NCBI GenBank assembly: GCA_951406725.2
Contig: OX597840.1
Coordinates: 14,136,001 to 14,200,000, forward strand
Direction of reading: 5' to 3'
DNA: 64,000 nucleotides
DNA from: Octopus vulgaris
Lineage: Eukaryota
The notes below the pieces were generated by a model. The model saw only the letters and a list, made by a program, of their open reading frames with translations, was not told the origin of the DNA and searched no databases. The position numbers and the translations under genes are program-made. Positions 35,839 to 48,320 of the stretch are shown piece after piece (position 1 is the first letter of the stretch; every line of letters starts with the position of its first letter).

Positions 35839-36114
35839 AATTGGTTTCAAATTTTAGCACAAGGCCAGCAATTTTGGAGGTGGGAATGAGTCAATTGCAT
35901 CAACTCCAGGGCTTAAGTGGTACTTATTTTATTGACCCTGAAAGGATGAAAGGCAAACTCGACCTAACATGAAATGCCGCTAAGCAATTTGCTTGCTGTG
36001 CTAATGGTTCTGCCAGTTTGTTGCCTTAAATTCAAAAACATAATTGACTCAGGATAGTGCTGTTCCAGTATGGCCACTCCCCAGTGACTAAACTCAGAAA
36101 TAGAATTATATGTG
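35839..36114. repeat. 276-bp direct duplication (copy 1; copy 2 at 37322-37597) of a deleted family B SINE plus flank
   Basis: Both copies share the same internal deletion and the same non-SINE flank (aaattcaaaaacataattgactcaggata...gaaatagaattatatgtg). Confidence 0.9.
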
Positions 36115-36839
36115 AATCTGTGTGTTTTTAGAAGTTAGGATAAAACTAGGGATATAATTGTCTGAAATACATCATTGCAATGTTGCTCCATCATGGCCAG
36201 AGTCCAGTAATTAAAACCATTATGGAATATACGTATTTAGAAGCTCCGGTGAACTTGATAACATAATCTGAATTATTGAAGTTGATAAACCGTATCTGAT
36301 GGTGATAAACCATAAAATTATATCCTGACTAACATATTCACAAACACAGATGAAAGTTAATCCCATTTAGTGGTTTAATGAATTGATTACCATCTTGTGT
36401 TGCTTACTAATCAATAGATTTTTTTATCCAGCAAGTTTAGCCAGAACACTAATGACTTTTGACAGTCTCTCTTTCTCTCTTTCCTCCTCTCTCTGTCTGC
36501 CTGTCTGTCTATCTGTCCATTTTATTTTTATATCCTTTTATGTTGGATATACAATATAATGAAACTAGTGAAAGAAATTATTTACGCGATGCACTGCTAT
36601 TACACAAGACTCGATGCTCTCAGCCATGGCTCACAGTGAACTGCTAGCCAACCCGAACGGCCAATTGCTCACAGTTCTTTAATTTATAGCAATGTGACAG
36701 TCCACCTTTAGTCACTTGTGGGGTGGTCGGAATCCTTCCACAACAATTTTGCTGTCTCACCCTCCCTCCCTCACTCTCTCTCTCTTCCTCCCCACCTAAA
36801 CTCTGTCTTTTTATATCTAATACACACACACACACACAT

Positions 36840-36876
<37 letters not shown>

Positions 36877-36901
36877 CACATGCACACACACACACACACA
36901 T

Positions 36902-36936
<35 letters not shown>

Positions 36937-36944
36937 GTGAATTG

Positions 36945-37320
36945 TCTTTTAGTCTTGCAAGACTATGAATCTGTGCTTGGAAAGTCTTGCCTTGATTTTG
37001 TTGGCAGAGCAACATCTACCTTGACTACAGAGACCTTCATGGGAGCAAGGGTCCTGACTGCACTGAGTTCATTTGAAGGTGCTGTCTTCTCCTTTTCTGC
37101 ATTCTGTTTTTCTTCAGTGTTGTTTTCCTTCTACAGCCAGCTTATCATCATAATAGCTGAACTTTGGAAATGAAAGTTCCCAAAGTTAACACACTTGTTG
37201 GTGGCTGAGTAGAGCAACATGGGAAGGCCATTCCCAGTCACTGCTGCTGCAAGAGGAGAGGTTCTGTCCTCGACTCTCTGCTCACGGTAACCTGACTCTT
37301 CATACATTTGCAGTTGTCTT
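36945..37320 (-). pseudogene. Two tandem degenerate RTE (BovB-like) LINE 3' ends
   Basis: Minus-strand CSSSDWEWPSHVALLSHQQVC and STFK*TQCSQDPCSHEGLCSQGRC resemble the RTE terminal zinc-finger-like motif; ends in tagtcttgcaagact, like the RTE 3' stem-loop. Confidence 0.55.
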
Positions 37321-37599
37321 GAATTGGTTTCAAATTTTAGCACAAGGCCAGCAATTTTGGGGGTAGGAGTGAGTCAATTGCATCAACTCCAGGGCTTAAG
37401 TGGTACTTATTTTATTGACCCTGAAAGGATGAAAGGCAAAGTGGACCTAGCGTGAAATGCTGCTAAGCAATTTGCTCGCTGTGCTAATGGTTCTGCCAGT
37501 TTGTCGCCATAAATTCAAAAACATAATTGACTCAGGATAATACTGCTCCAGTATGGCCACTCCCCAGTGACTAAATTCAGAAATAGAATTATATGTGTA

Positions 37600-38397
37600 C
37601 TAGCAGCATAGCCCAGCGTTGCCCGGGTATGTAAGAAACTCTGTTGATAAGCAATGCCCTTTACCTTTTTACCCATTTACTCATTGAACTGTTATTTTGT
37701 AAAATGAAGCCTAAAAGGCATTAAGGCATTCAAGGCACCGTTTCCTTGCATGCATGACTACAGCCCAACATTGCTTGGATTTGAAGCAAAAGGAAAACAT
37801 ATGCCATTTCTAGTAACCTTTATGATAAAAGCGGCAAAAAATTGACTAAATCGCCTGAAATCCGCCAACTATTTAACAAAAGTGTAGGGTTTGCATGGTC
37901 GGTCCCAAAGTCATATGGTTTTGTCGATTTCTCCCAATACTTGTTAACTGCATTGACAAAAGGTCGTTAGTTTGACATTTAATGCAAACTTGATGTCCAA
38001 CATCGGTGTAGGGAAAATCTATGTGAACTTTAAAAAAATATCGCAGAAAAATCGGTTTGCTATGTGTGCCACATATGATGTAATTAACCAATTTTTTCCA
38101 GTAATAACGTATCCTAATGGAATCAAAAGGGCCATGTAGCTCCTTGCAGCAGACATGATGCTCGCTGTGAATTTAAAAAAAAAATTCCTGCCAATTTGTT
38201 AAAGATATTGTCGAATTTATCAATTTTTTTCAGAACTGGGGGAACTTTTCAAAATTTTCGCTGCGTTAGTTTTGAATTATGACATTGAGCTATGTGTGTG
38301 TCAAGTTTCATCAAAATCAGTTGAAAGCCGTGGTCAGGGTGAGGGTACAACCTGACAGACACACAGACAGACAAACTGCCTTTTATATATATAGAGA
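37600..38397 (-). mobile_element. Non-autonomous Lep1-like Helitron, complete
   Basis: Minus strand: A|TCTCTATATATATAAAAGGCAG...(CTGT)n ... cccgggcaacgctggg hairpin ... CTAG|T; canonical 5'-TC, 3'-CTAG and AT target. Confidence 0.85.
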
Positions 38398-38409
38398 TGT
38401 ACTCTTAAA

Positions 38410-38740
38410 AGAGGAGACAGCCCAGCCTCAAAAGTGGTAGCAGCAGTAGACTATATCTGATGGCCAATGTCATAGTGACCTGTGGACAGTTCATTATACA
38501 GTATACATTGGGAAGCTGATTATTCTCCATTGTAGAAATGTGTTCTGTACAATGTGACTGTAATGTTTACAGCATGGCCATGATGCTGGTGATCTTTATC
38601 AGTTCAAAAACTGAAATATTGTTAACACTGGATGTTGAGTGTAGTGTAAAGGCAGTATTGTTGGAAGCACTCAATATGTTGTAGCTGGTGCTCAACATAT
38701 ACCTCATGACTTGGTGTTGGAATGTCTGTGGTCGTTGTAC
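38410..38740 (-). pseudogene. Degenerate RTE LINE thumb-region relic
   Basis: Minus-strand fragments QHIECFQQYCLYTTLNIQ and MENNQLP..LYNELSTGH resemble RTE LExFHQRCLRxILxI and RLPKxxLYGELxxG motifs. Confidence 0.55.
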
Positions 38741-39783
38741 TTTTCAACATCAGTGTGTTCAGTCAGAGTTGACCTGGGTCAACAACAACAAGAATAACAA
38801 TAGCCGTTCACTAGATACTGCAGCCTTAGAGCAATGCTTACTGACCTGTGCTGTTATGCAATAGTTTAATGGGCCACATGCCAACCTAAATGGACATCTA
38901 TTTTCTCTCCACTTACTCCTTCCATTTCCCCTCTTTCAAACCCCCATAAAATACCTTTAAATATCAGGTCCATATTTTTAAACCACTAATTCAATATATA
39001 TTCGTGTTCTTGTTGCTATTTAATCTTCTAACTCCATTACTCTAATCTTTTAGCACAATGGTTTTATATATATTCTGCAGTGTTTCAAGCCAGCTACAAC
39101 ATTCCTCTAAAGTGTTCACATTTAAATTAAAATCTCATTCTAATTCTCAAATGACAAATAATACTGTAAGATTTCAGTGGGTCAACACCCACTTCGTGTA
39201 CCTAAATATTAACTTACAGATATTTTGTTAAAACCTCTTCCCCCCCCACTCTCTCTCTCTCGCAAGATCTTAATTATATTGAAATACATGGGTTGTGTGT
39301 CTCCGTTCATAAGAAATATGACCAAGGAAGGGTTAAAGCTTAACGTTGAAGAAATCTATTCTTGTCTCGCCTTTACTCGACTGTCAAATTGAGGCTGGAA
39401 TGCAGCATTAAAGTGTTGGAATGTGTTGTAGTATTTGTTTTAATTCTTGGTATTCTGTGTTCAAATCCTGCTGTAGCCCATCAGCTATCATTTGAAAGGG
39501 TTAGATTTCCACCATATACACAAGTCCATAATTAACCATGGATAGCATTAAAGGGATCCATGGTATCCAAGCTGCAGAAAGCAGATGATACTTAATGAGG
39601 ATTATATTAATTAACTGTGCAAGCAGACATTCACATACAACTAAAATACATTCTAAATATAAGCTTTATACAATGTTTAATTTACATAAACAACTATATT
39701 GTTAATTGAGTTAATTAGCCTGTTTCCAGCTTTTCCGAATTATTAAATATTTATGATCACACATGGGTAAAGATATATATTAA

Positions 39784-40006
39784 CTCTTTCATTGCCGTAT
39801 CTATTTTGAGATGCTTTGTGTTTCTTTCAATTACTTTAAATATAACAAAGAATTTCGAAAAATAACTTAGTTATCATTAAAGCTAGTGTTAGGAACATTA
39901 ATTGTGACTAAGTTTTGGTGGAAAATTTTAATTCAAAACTTATGAAAACAAGACATTTGTACTCAGGGGGCCAGAGCCAGTTTCAGCCGGGTTGGTATCA
40001 AAAGGG
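39784..40006. mobile_element. piggyBac-like MITE with TTAA TSD
   Basis: TTAA|ctctttcattgcc ... ggtatcaaaaggg|TTAA. Confidence 0.6.
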
Positions 40007-40730
40007 TTAAGGTGCAAAGCTATGTACTGTAACACACATCTATGTTAAGGTACCTGGTTTTGCAGTTAGACTTTTGGACAGACAATTGTAAAGTTATTAG
40101 TTTGATTGTTGAGTTGGGCAGTTGTGTTCTTGGACAAGGCACTTCATTTCTTGTTGTTCTAGTTCGCTCAGCTGAAAATAAATTGTAGAGTGACCTCCAC
40201 AAATCTCCTCTGTCTATGTCACTAATGTTTATCCTAAAGAGAGACCTTTGACTTGGTCAAATATAGTTTGGTATCAAAGCCATTGTAGATTGCTGATGGA
40301 ATATAGAGACACAGAATAGACACCTCAAAGCATCTTGCCTGACCCTCTCACGGTTCCACTCTTTGATAGGGACTTTTCTATCTACCCCAAAAGAATGAAA
40401 GGTAAAGTTGATCAAGATAAGATTTGAAGCCAGAGCGCATAAAGTCAAAACAAATACCATGAAGGATCCTATTGGATATTCTAATGATCCTGCCAGTTCC
40501 CCAAAAGTGGCACATCACAGACTATTAACTTAAAATACTGATATTGCAAGATATCACTGTCCCTGGATGGTTATGATGTGTTGGATTATGATGATATCAC
40601 TGTCATCATCATTATCCTCATTAGCTGGTATGGGTTGGCTGGCGGCACATAAAAAGCACCATCTGAACATGGCTGATGCCAGTAACCTCTGACTGGCTCC
40701 TGTGCCAGTGGCATGTAAAAATCACTATCC

Positions 40731-41798
40731 AAAATGAAAATAACACTGACATCTCATTTTAACAGATATATTTACCAAAATTAGATAAACATGTCTTGAA
40801 ATACTAAAAATTTAATTTATTCAATAAAATCGCCATTGGCTTCAGCCATGGCCTCCAGACGACTTCGGAATATCTTGCAACTCTTCTGGATGGTCTCCTT
40901 GTTTAAGTTGGTGAATGTTGCCATAATCCTTGCCTTCAGTTCATCTTTGATGTTACAAGGAGTTTTGTTGGTCTCTCACTCAACTGTGCACCACACATAG
41001 TAATGATATAGGCCTCTGTGTTGAGTTTGAGACTGTGTGGGATGATGAATGGAGGCATCACTAGTGATCATTCCAAACACTATGATGTTGACTGGATGCT
41101 TGATTTTTATCACTCTTGCTACATTGTTTGGGGGCACAGCAAGCCAACAGTTGTTCTGTGTGTTTGCCATCTGATCCTGGCAAAAACTTTTCTTGTCTGA
41201 GAAAAACCAAGGCATGTTCATTTGGAGGGGATGGTTAAGTTTGTTCAAAAGCTTTGTAGCACAGTCTTTCTTCTTGTCCTTGATGGCTTAGGATAAAAAT
41301 TGGCCCTTTCCCATCTTGTATGAGTAATACTGGGTGTCTTCATGCACCACCTGCCTGATAGGAAACTCAGACACTCCCATGTCCCTGGTGATGGACCTGA
41401 TTGACTAGGAGGGATCGTTGTCAATCTTGGCCTGGATCTCACCAACAAATTCAGGAGTTCTTTTCTTATCAGAACGATCAGAGAGAGTTTTCCAAGCTGC
41501 TGTACCTTTGTAATCACCATTACACTCATCTAACTCTTTCTGAATCCTCTGCACTGTCTTCAGATTGACACCCAAACACTCTGAAATGTTCATATTGGAG
41601 CTTCTGGTGTGAATGCCAAGCAGTACAGCATATAATTTTCAAATATCTGGCAGAGTGAATTGCATCATGGTGGTGTTTTTATCTCAGACGGTGCCCAACT
41701 GACCCTACTATGCTGTGTAGTTGACAAAATCAAAAGCAAAGAATGCACATGTGTGAAAAAAAATAATAAAATGGTCACAATTTACCCATTGCACCCTG
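40731..41798 (-). pseudogene. Tc1/mariner (maT/DD37D-like) element, internally deleted
   Basis: Frames NISECLGVNLKTVQRIQKEL (HTH), WFFSDKKSFCQD, KHPVNIIVFGMITSD; C-terminus shared with 23202-23645; terminus cagggtgc at 41798. Confidence 0.88.
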
Positions 41799-41869
41799 TG
41801 TATATATATATACATACATACATACATATATATGTGTGTGTATATATGTATATGTACATTTCAAAATGT

Positions 41870-42075
41870 AACTACATGTGGATTGTTGGTAGTTTCCTTT
41901 TCCGTCTTCCTTTTCTCTTGGACTTTCCTCCGACTCCTCTTTCTGAAGAAAAGCTTTGCTCAAAATTTTAAGCAGTCTTTCTTTCTTTCCTTGAGCATTT
42001 TTTAACACTTTGCATGTACCACATTCTTTCGTTGTTGTTTTCTTGTGTTTTTTTCTTGATTTTTGTGGATTAATT
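41870..42075 (+). mobile_element. PLE pseudo-LTR fragment H1, hammerhead decayed
   Basis: ttt CTGAAGA aaagctttgctc aaaatttt aag; homologous to 25045-25265. Confidence 0.6.
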
Positions 42076-42616
42076 ATATTTATATATACACACACACATA
42101 CACATATATACACTCTTTCCCCCTCTCCTCCCACTCTTTCTCCTCTCCTCCCACTCTTCCCTTCTCCTTTCACTCTTCTCCTCCCACTCTCTCCCCTCCC
42201 TCTCACTCTTTCCTCTATCCTCCCACTCTCCCTCTCTCTAAGTGTTGTGCTACTTGGTCAAGGGTGGGTGCAATGCAAGATGTCTGTGTCTGCTGGTGAC
42301 TTCTCGGGCTTCTAATTAGTAAAAGCATGCTACCTGCTACCGAATCATCCTCGATTCTGAGTGGCAGCTGAAATTTTTAGGCAATTATTTGTTCACTTAT
42401 CTGTCTGTCTGTCCGTCTAATTGACTCTATGTACATATGTGTGTATATGCATCAGTCTATCTGTCGATATCCATATCCATCCACTCATCTGCCTCGTTAT
42501 TGGTCTTCCCATAAATCCAGTCATCCAGTCACCCTGCTGTCACTTTTCATATTAGATTCTGTCTGTAATATAAACACACACGCACGCACACACATACACA
42601 CATGCGTACATATGTG

Positions 42617-42656
<40 letters not shown>

Positions 42657-42781
42657 AGCAGATACATGTGTGTATTTACATACATATATGTCTATATATA
42701 TGCATATATGTTTATGTGTATATATATTCACAACATATATATGTACACATGTCACACACATATATACATTCACACACATGC

Positions 42782-42813
<32 letters not shown>

Positions 42814-43087
42814 CTGTATATATATGCGTGTATCTGTCTTTGTCTCTTTTCCCAATAATTGAACAAAATCAATATTATTTCCACCAAAATGTATTTTCCT
42901 TGTATCACTGTCACCATCATTAATCTGTGAATATATCTTTGATGGAGAGATTTTTCCCTGGGACCAATTTCAAAAGACATCTCCTGTTTGTTCTATCCTC
43001 TTCATCACCTCCTTCAGTTCCTTCCTCTTCTTCACCTTCTTCTCCTCTTTCGTCTGCATCATCTTCTTTGTTCTCTTGTCTTATCTT

Positions 43088-43205
43088 TATATGTGTATAT
43101 ATGTATGTATGTATATATATATGTGTATATATGTATGTATGTATATATATATATATGTATGTGTATATATGTATGTATGTATGTATGTATATATATATAT
43201 AATAT

Positions 43206-43259
<54 letters not shown>

Positions 43260-43262
43260 GTG

Positions 43263-43293
<31 letters not shown>

Positions 43294-43625
43294 GTGTATG
43301 TATTATGTATGTATATATGTATGTATATATGTATGTATGTATATATATGTATGTATGTATATGTATGTATATATATGTATGTATGTATATGTATGTATAT
43401 GTATGTATGTATATGTATGTATGTATATGTATGTATGTATGTATATATATGTATATATATGTATGTATGTATATGTATGTATGTATATGTATGTATGTAT
43501 ATGTATGTATATGTATGTATATATATATGTACATACACATATGTATGTATGTGTGTAGGTATATGTATGTATGTATATGTATATATATCTATATATATGT
43601 GTATATATATATAGATATATATATT
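43088..43625. repeat. (TATG)/(TA) microsatellite
   Basis: Directly visible. Confidence 0.95.
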
Positions 43626-44331
43626 TGTATATTTTGCCCGCTGCTAGCCATCTGCCTACTTAACTCATTTCCATTTTTTTGTCATGGTTTTAGTAATTGA
43701 TGTAGCTGTTGTTGTCATCAACGTTGTCGTTGCTGTCATCATCATCATCATTGTCATTGCTGTCATTGTCATCCTCTGTCTTCTTTATTTCTCCCCCCCC
43801 CCTCAATAACTGAAAGTGGAATTAGGTAGATTTTGGCGGAAATAGCAAATCGTTTTTTTTTTATATATTTTTAATTTTTTTCATTTTCCTTCACCATCTG
43901 AATTTACTTTGTTTCATTGTACTGAGTTCAAATCCAGTCAAAGTTGTCTTTGACTACTTTAGGAAAGAACTCAGATAAGCCAATGGTATGAATTTGGTTA
44001 AGAAAAAAAATTCAAGTGTGATGTACTGAATGGCCACCGGGAAAATTGTTATATTCCTTGCAATATTACTTATAATATTCTTTATAACATAACTTATAAT
44101 ATTCCATTTACTAAACATGTTAATATTAACTATATAATCACTTTTGGCCTGTGCCTTGGGTCAAAATATAGTGACTCTGGCATCCACTTACCAGCACTGG
44201 TGTTTAGACGAACATAAACAGCAACTGTTGGTTGGGTTAGAAGTATGAGAAGAAATTCTCAATGTTTAATTTAAATGCAGGAAAATACTAAAATACTTGT
44301 TGATACCTCAGGCTTTTAGTGAGGTAGGACG

Positions 44332-44372
<41 letters not shown>

Positions 44373-44797
44373 TATGTCTTGTATTTGACCTGGAGAAGTG
44401 TTCAACATACGATGTAATTGCAAATATTTAATTATTCTTTTACTGTGCATGTTGTTAGAGCCCAGGTCAGTTCTGACTGGAGAGACCTATCATCAAAGGT
44501 TGTTGTCGTCATTTAGCCCTTGGTTATTCCTGATTGAGCAAGTCTGTAATCAAAGACAATCCAGCTGTCCTTTTTCCCAACGTGCTTTTTCACTTGCTTC
44601 TGTCATTGGACTACAGCAACCTTTGAGTACCACTTGGAAGGATTTATTTTTATTTTAATCAACCCCAGTTCACATTTTTAAGTCTGCTCCTTTTTTCAAC
44701 AACCTGTCTCTAAGGTTTTTCCTGTTGACACAAAACAACAATTTTTTCTATTTACTTTTTAAATGGACTGATAATATTACTGTTGCTTAAGTTTGAT

Positions 44798-45388
44798 TAT
44801 TTACATTATTTACATTTGATGGATATTTGTCTTCATCTTGTTTGTTGTTAACACAACGTTTCAGCTGATATACCCTCAAGCCTCCTTCAGGTGTCTTGAG
44901 GAAATTTCGAACCTGGGTTCTCATTCCTAAGGTATTTTTCAATGTTATTATTATTATTATTATTATTCAGGTCACTGCTCAGAATCGAACTCAGAATCTT
45001 GGGGTTAGTAGCCCACACTCTTAACCACTATGCCATATGCCTGTGGACAATTATGGAGTGAATTTTAGGGCTTATAAATCTAATATTTTCCTATCCTTCC
45101 TTAATACTGGTTCCCATATGTTGTTCATATCTGCACTCGGTCTGCTTAGGAGGTTGTTGTGTCCTAGCATATGTGCTGCTTCTTTTAGTTTTCATATTTT
45201 CCAGTGGTGTTCTTTGACTGTTATTTTAACTTCATCTCACAGGGGGAGGTGGTCTCCGTTTTTCCATACATGATTAGCTATACCCAATTTATCAATATCT
45301 CCCCATGTCACAACTTTGCGATGTTCGTCTATCCTTATTTTGAGGGGGTGGCATGCTTCACCTTTGTATAACCTACCACAACTGCATA
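44798..45388 (-). mobile_element. Penelope/Poseidon-type PLE 3' fragment: GIY-YIG C-terminus, tRNA-like module, pseudo-LTR with hammerhead at 44850-44895
   Basis: CSCGRLYKGEACHPLKIRIDEHRK...GIANHVWKNGDHLPL*DEVKI...KLKEAAHM...NLLSR, stop at 45072-45074; gacac CTGAAGG a ggctt...cagct GAAAC GTT gtgtt. Confidence 0.85.
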
Positions 45389-46348
45389 TAGAACTTCTTA
45401 TGTTTGAGTCTGCCATAATTAGGTAAACCTACAATCAAATCCATTCAAGAAGTAACCTTCCCACCTTATATTTGGACATAGTATGTTTTTTCTCTTCTTT
45501 TTAAAGATAACTTGGTGCCTTTTGAAAGGGATTTGGCTAGTGTTTCTTGCTGATCAAACAATTACATGTAAATATCTTTCATGGCATATCTATTATTATT
45601 TACACCTATTTCAGTACAACCTACAATAAAAGTTGTGGTATATGTTCTTTTCTTTTGAAATGGTTGGGTTTGATTTCAAGGATATTTGGCTGCTGTTTCA
45701 AGCAGATCAACCAATTACTTTGATGTTCCCTCATTGGCCTGTGTGGTTGTTATAATATTGATTCTAATGAAGGATACAATTAACCCCGAGTTAACATAAC
45801 AAGAAGTGAAACCATTGGAACGATACCATTGCTTCTCAATGGCCATATATAATAAAATAGATAATTAAATTGCTTACATTGTATATAAACACATTAGAGA
45901 AAACATACTGCTATTTAAACATTTTAATTGACACATCACTGTTGGAAATGAATTTTCTGCATGGTTATTATCGTTAAAAAATTTTTCATGATAAAATTCA
46001 TCATGTTAAGTAAATTGAAAATTTAATTTATCACATTAAAATATCACACTTATTTATGAAAATTATTTCCAACATAAAACGAAATAATTTATTTTTGAAG
46101 CTTTATATTTCTTTTTTTAATTTTATTAATTTAACTGACAAGAAATTTGCGGAATGTTTGTTGTTGACTCTGTTGTAAACATTTTTTTATCATTGCTGTC
46201 ATCACTGTCATAGGTAACACATTTATTGCCATCATAGCTCTTGTGGTGAAGGACTTTGTTACCACTGCTTCCAATGTTGTTGTTGTTATCATGATTGTCA
46301 ATCTTGTCTATTACTGATATCTCTATCATCATCATCACCGTCATGGCA

Positions 46349-46915
46349 CCCCTTTCGTGACACTGCTCTATCTCCCAGAAGATGATGCTCTGCATCTGTA
46401 ACACATCAGCCCTCTCCATTCTCCTCTATGGAGCAGAAACATGGTCCCTCTCAAAGACCCTGGCAAAGAGGATCAATGGGTTTGATAGCAGGTCTCTGAG
46501 AACCATTGAGAACATCAGAGGGTTTCATCATGTTTCTAACAAAGAACTGTGTTCACTCATGCATCAGCCTGCAGCCTCCCATCTCATAGCTATCCTTCAC
46601 ATGCGCTGGTGTGGACATGTCCTCTGTCTCTCACTAAATCATCCTACCAGGGCTTTACTCTCATTTGATGCAGCAGATGCAGCAGCTGCAGGCTGTAAGA
46701 GGCCCCGTGGCAGGCCCCACACCAGATGGCTGGACATGATTAAGGAAGAACTCTGGAGATTCAATGTCACCTTGGAGGATGCAGAGGGGCTGGCACAGGA
46801 CTGCCAGAGATAGAGAGAACTGGCAGACCTGGTTGGCTCTATGCATTACGACATTTCTGGGACCACTAACTTGGGAAGACTCCATCCCCATGAAGCAAAC
46901 CAAGCAAGCAAGCAG
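46349..46915 (+). pseudogene. RTE-clade LINE 3' fragment with (CAAG)n tail
   Basis: ILLYGAETWSL...FDSRSLRTI...RWCGHVL...KRPRGRPHTRWLDMI, diagnostic of the RTE ORF C-terminus. Confidence 0.9.
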
Positions 46916-47299
46916 CATCATCATCATCAGCAATATGCCAGGTTGATTATTCTATAATCTAATTGCTCCATGCTTTTCAGTACACCATTCTATCAATCCA
47001 CCTAATGTGACCTGTAGAAGTGATTCACCACTGTTATATCCTGATGTGCTCACTGTCTCTGTATTCGTATCTATTAAGTCATGATAGCAATAACATTATC
47101 CTCACTGGATCGCCTTTGGTCACATAGAGATATCAATATTGTATCAAACAGATATAACTATTGTATATTGTATACACATCTAACTGTTGTATCATATAGT
47201 GTCATATGATTTGTGGTCATAGACACATAACTATAGTGTCAGATATTGTTATGTAGCTATAAGGTCAGACGTTAGATATAACTGTGATGTATTGAATAT

Positions 47300-47650
47300 A
47301 AATGAATGTTTCGTCTGGAGGAAGGAGCTGTATCTTTTGCAGACCCCCTGGGGCTGCTGAGATTGACGTTGATGTTGTTCATCTTGAACAATAGGAAATT
47401 GATGCAGCAGGGAAAAGATGTGCTGTGAAGAAATTGCAGAGGGATAATATTCTGAAGAGAAATAAATGGACGAGGTTGGGGTAACAGGGTAGGGGTGATG
47501 AATGTGTCAAAAGTGCCTGAGTAGAGATGGTATGAATCCAGCCAGATCCAACAAACAGATTCCATAGCTTTAGTAAAGGCTGAGGGAGGAGACAGTATGT
47601 CTGTGAGCCAGGGTTTGGTCTATAATGGTGGAAGAACTTCATGCTAGTCA
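47300..47650 (-). pseudogene. Degenerate CR1-group LINE 3' end
   Basis: FRILSLCNFFTAHLFP.../INFLLFKMNNINVNLS resembles the SLWNxLPxxVFP...NLxxFKxNIN terminus. Confidence 0.45.
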
Positions 47651-47984
47651 CTCAAATAGCTATTCTTTGAATGTGATTGATAAATAAATCCTGTCGTATA
47701 GAAGATATCAAGTTCATCTAAACTTGGCAGTTGTGTCTACATCAGTAATAATTCAAAATAAATGTTACACAGTTGCTATTGAGGGGAGAGATATATTTAT
47801 GCTTCTGACAAAAATCTGTCCATATATAATCTCAAGTGTCTGATGGAAATTTTGTCTTCAAATATAACTGGCAGTTTGTCTGATATTCTTGATGTCTGAA
47901 GGAAAGTATTTGACTCTATAAAATTAAAATTCTGTCATCAGTTCCCATCTTAATGTCAGAAACAAGTTCCCTGACAATCTATAG

Positions 47985-48320
47985 CAATGGTTCTCAACTG
48001 GGGTTCATGTGGCCCTTCAAGGTCTATATAAGGTTTTGGGGGGTTCTTCACAAACAAAATAGTAAATGGGGGACCTACAGTAGTATATTAAGGGTCCATG
48101 AAAAATTTTGTTTTAGGTATATTTATTGCAAGAAACAGCCAGGTTTCTTTCTGTAATGTTTTACATAGTGCAACCCACACAAGTTAAAGGACAAAATAGG
48201 AATTTCAAAAGAAGAATCTAGCAAACTAGTTATTTTAGATATCAAATAGCTATGGGATTCCACCAGAATAGAAATAATAATCAAAGGGGTTCATAGATAA
48301 AAAATGGCCGAGAAGCACTG
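47985..48320. mobile_element. hAT-like MITE
   Basis: Ends caatggttctc / gagaagcactg; degenerate 8-bp TSD atctatag / gtttatgg. Confidence 0.6.

Noticed and set aside
36718-37343. ORFs 36718-37173 and 37131-37343 as host exons
   Set aside because: Better explained as (CA)n plus degenerate RTE 3' ends on the minus strand.
42920-43080. Acidic stretch [15 protein letters not shown]
   Set aside because: Degenerate (CTT)n low-complexity tract fused to a microsatellite ORF.
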